From assembly GCF_006345805.1 (NCBI RefSeq), contig NC_043005.1:27590001-27654000 (forward strand): 64,000 nucleotides of DNA, read 5' to 3'. How positions within the stretch are numbered: position 1 is the stretch's first letter; each line of letters begins with the position of its first letter. This document shows, in pieces, positions 25,327 through 35,356 of the stretch. The notes below the pieces were generated by a model, which made no database searches, was not told the DNA's origin, and worked only from the letters and a program-made list of their open reading frames with translations. The position numbers were made by a program, and so were the translations under genes. Origin of the DNA: Octopus sinensis. Taxonomy: Eukaryota.

Positions 25327-25973
25327 TTATATATATCTACATATATGTTTATGAATTTGTGTTTTAAGATTCTTGATGTGAAACTGTGTGTTGAAGCAGA
25401 TATTGTATTTCGCAATGGTCATTTTTTTGTTTTATAGTGCATGTGTTTATTAGGCAAAATAAAAATGACCATCCCAGTATACAACAATATATATTGATTG
25501 ATTGAATAAATGTGGTGATTAAACTTTAACTTCTATATTATACTATAGAAGACAGTAGGGAATATAATTTTTGTATGACTTAATTGATTGGTTACTGTTT
25601 AGTTACATATTGAGGAGTTGGTTGTAATTTACTTATTCAATTTATTTATTGATACGGTTGTACATAGTGTAAATGTGTTTGAAAGTTGTGGTTTCTTTGG
25701 TATGTTTGTTCCCAAACAACACTTATTTTAGTACTGTTGACACCACTGGATTGAATGGTACTGCCCAGGTGTCGAAACCATAATGATATCCATGGGGCAG
25801 CCGATAATGGATATATGTTGGATTGTTGGTATGGCTGTTTTTATATATGTGGAATAGTATCATAACACATCCTTTCAATATAGTGTTGTACGTATGTATG
25901 TATACACACACACACACACACACACACTCTCTCTCTCACTCTCTCTCTCCATTCATTCCATGATCTATTGCAG

Positions 25974-26164
25974 TTGTTCAAGGATTATTCTGCAGCCAGT
26001 GCCATTAACAAAAAGAACAACAATGGTGAGACACCCTTCTTTCATTGTTGTCAACAAGGGAGTCTGGAGTGCACTCAGGCTCTTCTTGATATTGGAGCAG
26101 ATCCCTATCAAATGAGTCATGGAGTCGCTCCCATCCACGTAGCCTTGAAGAGGGGAGATTCCAA
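25974..26164 (+). CDS. PLA2G6: PLA2G6 coding exon 5, ankyrin (LFKDY...NNNGETPFFHCCQQG...APIHVALKRGDS)
   Basis: ttgcag acceptor, aa/gtaaga donor, phase 0-2. Confidence 0.93.
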
Positions 26165-26458
26165 GTAAGACCTGTTGAATTCTTATTTATTGCATTTTAG
26201 GTTTGGAGAATTAAGATGACCAATGGATTAAGTAACATTACCATTTGGTCTGTTCTTTTTTTGTTTTGCTTGCTTCAGTCATTTGACAGTGGCCATGCTG
26301 GAGCACCGCCTCTAATTGAACAAATCAGCCCCAGAACTTAGTCTTTGTAAGCCTAGTACTTATTCTATCGGTTCCTTTTGCCGAACTGCTAAGTTATGGG
26401 GATGTAAACATACCAACATCTGTATCAAGCAATGGTGGGAGGACAAACACAGATGCAA

Positions 26459-26520
<62 letters not shown>

Positions 26521-27233
26521 GTATATTGGCAGGGCTGGCCTGCTAAGTAGCCGGCCAGAATGCTAGAAATAGATCATAAACGATCAAACTACAAGGGAAT
26601 CTGACTCCTCAGATTTTTTGAATGCTGGACTACTGGTTTTAAATTGATATTAAAATTAATATTAATTTATCTCCCTCAATTTTTAAATATTTAAATAAAT
26701 ACGTTCCCTAGTAGTAAGCTTTACCCGCAGTGAATTATTCACTGCAGCCCTTCGCTTCAGGAGTCTCTTAGCGCGCCGGAACCAAGACATTTGAAATTTT
26801 ATTCCCGATGTAATCAGTAAGACTAAGCACGTGTCTGTCTTGACACAGAGAGCTGGGGTTAGTCTTGTGGTTTGCATCTCGAGGACCGAATGTACTGAAG
26901 AAGTCACGGACACTTGAATTATGCAAGTAATTCTTTTGTTAAGACCGAAACCGAGGTATGCATTTAAGTCTGTTTTTTATTTAATTTTTCATATGTCCTG
27001 CCCGCCAAATTTGGTTCTGGTGTTCGCTGAATTCTTCCTCTAGAGAATTTCCCTTGTAGTTTGATCGTTTATGATCTATTTCTAGCATTCTGGCCGGCTA
27101 CCTAGCAGGCCAGCCCTGCCAATATACACATATATTTGAATTTTCTCTGACTCCTCAGATTTTTTGAATGCTGGACTACTGGTTTTAAATTGATATTAAA
27201 ATTAATATTAATTTATCTCCCTCAATTTTTAAA
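26521..27233 (+). mobile_element. Non-coding element with 79-bp inverted repeats and 88-bp direct repeats, containing a hammerhead (PLE pseudo-LTR-like)
   Basis: IR 26521-26599 / 27049-27127 (1 mismatch). DR 26600-26687 / 27146-27233. Flanked by (TA)n on both sides. Confidence 0.8.
26889..26964 (+). ncRNA. Type I hammerhead motif
   Basis: AATGTA-CTGAAGA-A-GTC-[ACTTG/CAAGT hairpin]-GAC-C-GAAAC-CGAG-GTA-TGCATT. 6-bp helix I, GUA site. Confidence 0.75.
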
Positions 27234-27234
27234 A

Positions 27235-27301
<67 letters not shown>

Positions 27302-27466
27302 TATACATATATATATATACATATATATATATATACATATATATATATCTCTGCCAGATCTGACTGGCCTGGTGCAGCCTTCGGGCTTGCCAGACCCCAG
27401 TTGAACCGTCCAACCCATGCTAGCATGGAAAGCGGACGTTAAATGATGATGATGATGATATATATA

Positions 27467-30400
27467 CATCATCATCATCATCATCATCATTTAGCGTCCG
27501 TTTTCCATGCTAGCATGGGTTGGACGGTTCAACTGGGGTCTGGGGAGCCCGAAGGCTGCACCAGGCCAGTCAGATCTGGCAGTGTTTCTACAGCTGGATG
27601 CCCTTCCTAACGCCAACCACTCCGAGAGTGTAGTGGGTGATTTTATGTGCCACCGACACAGGTGCCAGACGAGGCTGGCGAACGGCCACGCTCGGATGGT
27701 GTTTTTATGTGCCACCGACACAGGTGCCAGACGAGGCTGGCAGACGGCCACGCTCGGATGGTGTTTTTATGTGCCACCGACACAGGTGCCAGATGAGGCT
27801 GGCAGGTGCCAGACGAGGCTGGCAGACGGCCACGCTCGGATGGTGTTTTTATGTGCCACCGACACAGGTGCCAGATGAGGCTGGCGGACGGCCACGATCG
27901 GATGGTGTTTGTTGCGTCCCCAAAGCACGGAGGCCAGTCTATGCGGTACTGGCTACGGCCACGTTCGGATGATTTTCTTGTGTGCCACCGGCACTGGTAC
28001 CACAAAGATACAAATTCCATTTATGTTCATCTATTTTGATTTGTTTTGATTTGATTTGATTTTCACTTGCCTCAACAGGTCTTCACAAGTGTCACAAGAA
28101 GGAAGGTATGCACAGGTGGACTGTCTACGTCGCCGGGTCTTCGGATGGTGTCTTTATGTGCCACCGACACAGGTGCCAGATGTGGCTGGCGAACGGCCAC
28201 GATCGGATGGTTTTCTTGTGTGCCACCGGTACTGGAACCACAAAGATACAAATTCCATTGATGTTCATCTATTTTGATTTGGTTTGATTTTCACTTGCCT
28301 CAACAGGTCTTCACAAGTGTCACGCGTGTCACACACTTGCCTCAACAGGTCTCCACAAGTGTCACACACTTGCCTCTGCCTCAACAGGTCTTCACAAAGT
28401 GTCACACACTTGCCTCTGCCTCAACAGGTCTTCACAAGTGTCATAAGAGGGAAGGTATGCACAGGTGGACTGACTACGTCGCCGGTCTTTGGATGGTGTT
28501 TTTATGTGCCACCGACACAGGTGCCAGGTGAGGCTGGCGAACGGCCACGATCAGATGGTGTTTGTTGTGCCCACAGCACGGAGGCCAGTCGATGCGGTAC
28601 CAGCTACGGCCACGTTCGGATGGTTTTCTTGTGTGCCACCGGTACTGGAACCACAAAGATACAAATTCCATTGATATTCATCTATTTTGATTTGGTTTGA
28701 TTTTCACTTGCCTCAACAGGTCTTCACAAGGGTCACGCGTGTCACACACTTGCCTCAACAGGTCTCCACAAGTGTCACACACTTGCCTCTGCCTCAACAG
28801 GTCTTCACAAGTGTCACACACTTGCCTCAACAGGTCTTCACAAGTGTCATAAGAGGGAAGGTATGCACAGGTGGACTGACTACGTCGCCGGGTCTTCGGA
28901 TGGTGTCTTTATGTGCCACCGGCACAGGTGCCAGATGAGGCTGGCGAACGGCCACGATCGGATGGTGTTTGTTGTGCCCACAGCACGGAGGCCAGTCGAT
29001 GCGGTACTGGTTACGGCCACGTTTGGGTGGTTTTCTTGTGTGCCACCGGCACTGGTACCACAAAGAATACAATTCCACTGATGTTCATCTATTTTGATTT
29101 GTTTTGATTTGATTTGATTTTCACTTGCCTCAACAGGTCTTCATAAGTGTCACAAGAAGGAAGGTATGCACAGGACTGACTACGTCCCAGGTCGGGGCCA
29201 CGGGTTATGGCCTGACTAGTCTTGCCGGGTCTTCTCATGCACAGCATACTTCCATAGGTCTCGGTCTCTAGACATTTCCTTAGTGAGACCTAAAGTTCGA
29301 AGGTCGTGCTTCACCACCTCGTCCCAGGTTTTCCTGGGTCTACCTCTTCCACAGGTTCCCTCCACTGCTAGGGTGTAGCACTTTTGCACACAACTATCTT
29401 CAGCCTTTCTTGTCACATGACCATACCAGCGCAGCCGTCTCTCTTGCACGCCACAACTGACGCTTCTTAGGTTCAGCTTTTCTCTCAAGGAACTTACACT
29501 CTGACGATTATGAACACTGACATTACACATCCATCGGAGCATACTGGCTTCATTTCTTGCGAGCTTACGCATATCCTCAGCAGTCACGGCCCATGTTTCA
29601 CTGCCATGTAGCATGGCTGTACGTACACATGCATCATACAGTCTGCCTTTTACTCTGAGCGAGAGGCCTTTTGTCACCAGCAGGGGTAAGAGCTCTCTAA
29701 ACTTTGCCCAGGCTATTCTTACTCTAGCAGTTACACTTTCAGCACACCCACCCCCGCTACTGACTTGGTCTCCTAGGTAGCGGAAGCTATCAACTACTTC
29801 TAGTTTGTCTCCCTGGAACGTGGCAGAAGTTGGTCTCTGCATATTTCCAGTGTTTATTGCTCCTGAGCATTTGCCACAGACAAAAACTATTTTCCTAGTT
29901 AGCCTTCCTTTGACATTGCTGCACCTCTTATGTGTCCATAGCTTACACTTGGTGCATCTTATAGAGTTTCTACCTACACCTTTTTTACAGATCGAGCAGG
30001 GCCATCTACCTGAAGGCGTTTGTGATTGATCTACCTTCCTACTTATTAGAACTTTGGTTTTGGCTAGGTTGATTCTAAGGCCCTTCGATTCTAATCCTTG
30101 TTTCCACACCTGGAACTTCTCCTCCAGTTCTGATAGTGACTCAGCAATTAGAGCAAGGTCATCAGCATAGAGGAGCTCCCAGGGGCAACCTGTCTTGAAT
30201 TCCTCCGTTATTGCCTGGAGGACTATGATAAATAGGAGGGGACTGAGGACTGAACCTTGGTGGACCCCAACCTCTACCCGGAATTCTTCACTGTACTCGT
30301 TGCCCACCCTCACCTTACTAGCAGCGTCTCTGTACATGGCTTGCACAGCTCTCACCAACCATTCTTCTATCCCTAGTTTCCTCATTGACCACCAGATAAG

Positions 30401-31680
30401 GGACCGGGGGACCCTGTCAAAGGCTTTCTCCAAGTCAACAAAAGCCAGGTACAAGGCTTATCTTTGGCTAGGTATTTCTCCTGCAGCTGTCTTACCAGGA
30501 ATATAGCATCAGTAGTACTTTTCCCTGGCACGAACCCAAACTGCATATCATCTAAGGTAACTCTCTCTCTAATTAGTTGGGCTACAACCCTCTCCGTAAC
30601 CTTCATTACCTGATCCAGCAGCTTGATGCCCCTGTAGTTATTTGTCTCTAGGGCGTCGCCTTTACCTTTGTAGCAGTTGACTATTATGCTGCTACACCAG
30701 TCATTGGGTATGACCCCCTCGTGTATCACCTGGTTAACTATACGGGTGACTAAGCTATAGCCGACACCACCAGATATTTTGAGCATCTCTGCAGTAATTC
30801 CTGATGGGCCTGGGGCTTTCCCTGTTTTCATGCTTCTAATTGCCTTATCTACTAAGGAACTGTTAACTCGGATTGCTGGTCCCTCTGTTGGGTCGACATT
30901 CGGCAGACTCTCTTTATCCCATTCATTTTCTTCATTCAGCAACCTATCATAGTGGCGTCTCCAAGTCTCTCTCTTTGCACCCTCATTAAGTGCAAGTGAA
31001 CCGTCCTCCTTGCGAACACATTTCTCTCCTACCACGTCACGATTCTCTCTCACACACTGTCTTGCAACACGAAATACCTCAAGTCTTTCATCCTCACGAC
31101 GCAGGACATTGGCAAATTTTTCCTTCTCTGCTTCCCCTCTGGCTAGATAGACCTGTCTCCTGGCTTCCCTTCTGGCAGACTGATACACTTCCCTGCTACC
31201 ACCGTTCTTCCAGGCCTCCAAGCCTGTTTCTTTTGTCTAATAGCCCTGTCAACAATATTGTTCCACCACCACGTTATTTTGGGTCTTAAGGGGACTTTGC
31301 ACCAGCCACAGATCTGGTCAGCGGCTTTCAGCAGGTTGTCCCTCAGAAGCGTCCAGTTGTCTTCTACCCCATGCGTAGCTATACTCCCTTCCATTTCGTC
31401 TAAAGCTTCAAATAACATATCTCTAAATCTCTGTCCATTCGCAGGGTCTTTAAGCTTCCAGACCCTTCTTCTCCATGTTGGTCGTCTTCTAGTCGCCCTC
31501 TTAGTCCTGATCCTAAAGTCACTAACTACCAGTCTATGTTGTGGGGTGCATTCTTCACTTGGGAAGGTTTTGGCATTTATAAGCAGCCATCTTTCCCTTT
31601 TTCTGGCAAGGATGTAGTCGATTTGGCTAGTATGCCGGCCCGATCGGTAGGTGACCAGGTGGCTTGTCGGTTTCCTAAAG
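27467..31680 (-). mobile_element. RTE-clade LINE, 5'-truncated, about 4.2 kb, antisense in PLA2G6 intron 5
   Basis: End of APE domain (IDYIL...QHRLVVSDF), RT with YADD, about 1.75-kb repetitive 3' UTR and (GAT)n tail. The 5' end stops at a (TA)n array. Confidence 0.95.
29216..31680 (-). pseudogene. RTE APE-RT ORF broken by two frameshifts (near 31230 and 30455), otherwise no stops
   Basis: ORFs 31143-31754, 30382-31221 and 29216-30454 overlap and join into a single APE-RT-PHD polypeptide. Confidence 0.9.
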
Positions 31681-31724
31681 TTATATATATATATACATAT
31701 ATATACATACATATATATATATAC

Positions 31725-31764
<40 letters not shown>

Positions 31765-31780
31765 ACATATATATATATAT

Positions 31781-32625
31781 ATTAACAATTGAGGATAAAA
31801 TCTTTAAAAGAAATTATCAGTAGTCAGCGTGAAAAACCTCGTAAGAGAAAAAATTCGTAAATTCTTCCTCTTTGAAAATATTCATTTATATTATATTGAG
31901 GGTACTACTATTCGTAGATACCAACACGCTAAGAGGGACCAATGCGGTCAAAACTACTAAAAATAAACAAAATTTTACCGAATGCAAAACTTCAAAACAC
32001 ATCATTTTAAAAAAGATTCAGTTACATATCACATGTGATTTCGCATTTAATGCAGAATATGCATTTCATGTTCATCAGTGCAACAAACTCAAGAAATATA
32101 AGAGAAAACATAACATTACAAGCTCGATAGCCACCGTAGAATTCGTCGTAGCATGTACGAATGTTTATCTTTACATATCTATGAAAATGGCGGGCTTATT
32201 CGCAATGCATTTCGGTAACAAATTGTCTAGTCGGAATAAAAATTCAGTATTGAACTATTCCGGTGAAAAATATAAATTAACAATTGAGGATAAAATCTTT
32301 AAAAGAAATTATCAGTAGTCAGCGTGAAAAACCTTGTAAGAGAAAAAATTCGTAAATTCTTCCTCTTTGAAAATATTCATTTATATTATATTGAGGGTAT
32401 AAGAGCCCATGGCCAAACTTAGGAGCCTCGTTCGATTTGTTTTGCTCCGCCTCTGTTCTGTTTTTGTTTTTTCCAACGGATTTCCTATTTCTTCCTGAAG
32501 AGAAAGACACAATATGGTCTCCTTATTCAATCGGAATTTGGTAAATTGTGCCTTTCGAAACAGGTGTAGAATGCAATAAAACGATTTCTGTTCAATCTTC
32601 GTTCAACTCCATTTCTTCAATTCAC

Positions 32626-32628
<3 letters not shown>
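31781..32628 (+). mobile_element. Non-coding partial-tandem element (124-bp direct repeats 31781-31904 / 32276-32399) with hammerhead
   Basis: Period 495 bp, one mismatch seen. Flanked by (TA)n arrays on both sides. Confidence 0.75.
32492..32571 (+). ncRNA. Type I hammerhead motif
   Basis: TTC-CTGAAGA-GAAAGACACAAT-[loop]-ATTGTGCCTTTC-GAAAC-AGGT-GTA-GAA. Long helix II with G10.1-C11.1, 3-bp helix I. Confidence 0.68.
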
Positions 32629-32677
<49 letters not shown>

Positions 32678-32848
32678 CATATATATATATATCAACATTA
32701 TCATCATCATCATCGTTTAACATCCATTTTCCATGCTAGCATGAGTTGGACGGTTCAACTGGGGTCTAGGAAGCCAGAAGGCTGTGCCATGGCCATATAT
32801 ATATATATATATATACACACACATATATATATATACTTAAATATATAA

Positions 32849-32879
<31 letters not shown>

Positions 32880-33054
32880 ATAAATATTAGGGAATAAATC
32901 CAAATTTACAGGGAAAAAATCAGATTTAGGATTAAATCCAATTTTATAGTAAAATATTATAAAATATTATTAGAGACAAAACCACTATTTTGCAAAACAA
33001 ACAAGGAAAGACTTAATCAATACATAAAATTTTAATAAATAGTCAAAAAAACCG

Positions 33055-33097
33055 CCACTACAATTGTTTCTTGTCTTGATCGACAATCTTCAGGTGG
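33055..33097 (-). ncRNA. Compact intact type I hammerhead motif
   Basis: CCAC-CTGAAGA-TTGTC-GATCAA-GACAA-GAAAC-AATT-GTA-GTGG. All three helices pair, palindromic AATT loop, GUA site. Confidence 0.78.
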
Positions 33098-33140
33098 ACT
33101 TCCAATAAGTCAGTTTCAAATTATATATATATATATATAT

Positions 33141-33187
<47 letters not shown>

Positions 33188-33989
33188 TATATGATGGGCT
33201 TCTTTCAGTTTCCGTCCACCAAATCCACTCACAAGGCTTTGGTCGGCCCGAGGAAGACATTTTCCCAAAGTGCCACACAGTGGCACTGAACTCAGAATCG
33301 TGTGGCTGGGAAGCAGGATTCTTACTAAGGTTTTTTTTTTCTTTCTAACTAAATAATTGCATCCTATTTTTTATAGCTCTATCTACTTCAAGTCCCACTG
33401 TTCAAAACAAATTATCCAACCCATTCAGTTATATCTCAGTGGGTAATCAGAGTCACTAAATATGTGAATTGGTTTATGTGTTAGTGTTAACAAGTGCTTT
33501 TTCTGTTATTCATTGTGTATAGATTTAATTCGTTAGGGTTAATGACTCAGCTTCTATTATCCTTGCTGATACCTAATGTTACTACTTTTGACAATGAGAC
33601 ACTCCTCTTTCATTATTGTCAGAAAAAGAGTTTAAAATTCTTACAAGTGCTTTTTGTTACTGAGGCCACTGCAAAGGGACTCCTGAACTTATTGCTATCC
33701 TTAGATAGGCTGTCATAGTCTGAATCAGCTCCCTTTTCCAATTTCTATTCTCTTAGAGTGGTGCAAGACTCTGTCCTTCCATTTTTAGAATGGTTTCTAT
33801 CACTCGATGCTGTTCTTGATGACAACCCCTTTATATATTGTGCTTGATGCCTTTCATCAAAGTACCACAAATATGTGGCATGTATCTTCATTATTACCTT
33901 TAAATCCACTTTTCAACTTAAGTCCATCGACTAGATGCCCTTCCTGATGCCAGTACTTTGCCTCTTGTAACATACACAGTGAAAATGTA

Positions 33990-34415
33990 CATTATTATCT
34001 ATTTCTTTATTGACCACAAGGGGCTAAACATAGTGGGGACAAACAAGGACAGACAAAGGGATAAAGTCAGTTACATTGACCCAAGTGCGTAACTGGTACT
34101 TTTTTAATCAACCCCGAAAGGATGAAAAGTAAAGTCAACCTTGGCGGAATTTGAACTCAGAACGTAACAGCAGATGAAATACCTATTTCTTTACTACCCA
34201 CAAGGGGCTAAACACAGAGAGGACAAACAAGGACAGACAAACGGATTAAGTTGATTATATCGACCCCAGTGCATAACTGGTACTTATTTAATCGACCCAG
34301 AAAGGATGAAAGGCAAAATCGACCTTGGTGGAATTTGCACTCAGAACATAATGGCAGACGATATACCGCTAAGCATTTTGCCTGGTGTGCTAACGTTTCT
34401 GCCAGCTCGCCGTAC
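33990..34415 (-). mobile_element. Two tandem tRNA-SINE copies (family of 52373-52604)
   Basis: Reverse-complement matches to the SINE head, core and tail occur twice. Confidence 0.85.
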
Positions 34416-34856
34416 ATTATTATCATCATTTAGCATCCATTGTCCAGGCTGGCATGGATTGGACAGTATGACCAGGGCTGACAAACTGGAAGGCTGCACC
34501 AGACTCTAGTCTGATTTGGTATGGTTTCTATGGCTGGATGCCCTTCCTAATGCCAACCACTCTGAGATTGTAATGGGTGCTTTTACATGCCACCAGCACA
34601 GGGGCCATTTACATGATATTGGTATCTGCCACAACTGCGATTTTACTTGGCTTCATGAGTCCTCTTCTCAAGCACAACATAATGCCAAACGTCCCAGTCA
34701 TTGCCTCCACGAGGCCCAACACTCAAAAGGAGCTTTTCACATGCCACAATTCTAAAATTATTATACTTCATTCATTTGTTCATTTTATGTTTGTTTTTCC
34801 ATGCCAGCATGGATTAGATGAATGTATTAGTGAGGCATTGTTTTAAGGTTGGATCA

Positions 34857-35245
34857 GGCGGCGAGCTGACAGAAATGTTAGCACACTGGGCTAAATACTT
34901 AGCAGTATTTCGTCTGTCTTTACGTTCTGAGTTCAAATTCCACCAAGGTCGATTTTGCCTTTCAGCCTTTTGGGATCGATAAATTAAGTACCAGTTGCAT
35001 ATTGAGGTTAATCTAATCGACTGCGCCCAAAAATTTGGGGCCTTGTGACTAGAGAAGAAAAGATTATTTAAAGGTTGGATAAGGCGGCGAGCTGGCAGAA
35101 ACATTAGTACGCCAGGCAAAATGCTTAGCGGTGTTTTGTCTGTCACTACATTCTGAGTTCAAATTCCACTGAGGTCAACTTTGCCTTTCATCCTTTTGGA
35201 GTCATTAAATTTAGTACCAGTTGCATACCGGGGTCGATCTAATAA
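34857..35245 (+). mobile_element. Two tandem tRNA-SINE copies sharing the same 5' flank AAGGTTGGAT
   Basis: ttttaaggttggatcaggcggcgagctg and atttaaaggttggataaggcggcgagctg. Confidence 0.8.
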
Positions 35246-35300
35246 ACATACACGTGTGTGTGTATGTTTGTGTGTATATATGTATATATGTGTATGTATG

Positions 35301-35356
<56 letters not shown>

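Noticed and set aside
27092-27125. GGCCGGC start identical to the HDV genomic ribozyme P1
   Set aside because: No P3/L3 or nested pseudoknot can be built. It is simply part of the 79-bp inverted repeat.
27640-29110. Regularly repeated about 58-bp and 30-bp units resembling a CRISPR array
   Set aside because: There are no unique spacers and no cas genes, the context is eukaryotic, and the units belong to the RTE 3' UTR found at many other sites.
31872-32318. 148-aa plus-strand ORF (TTG start)
   Set aside because: No recognisable motif, AT-rich, and lies inside the partial-tandem hammerhead element. Not called as CDS.
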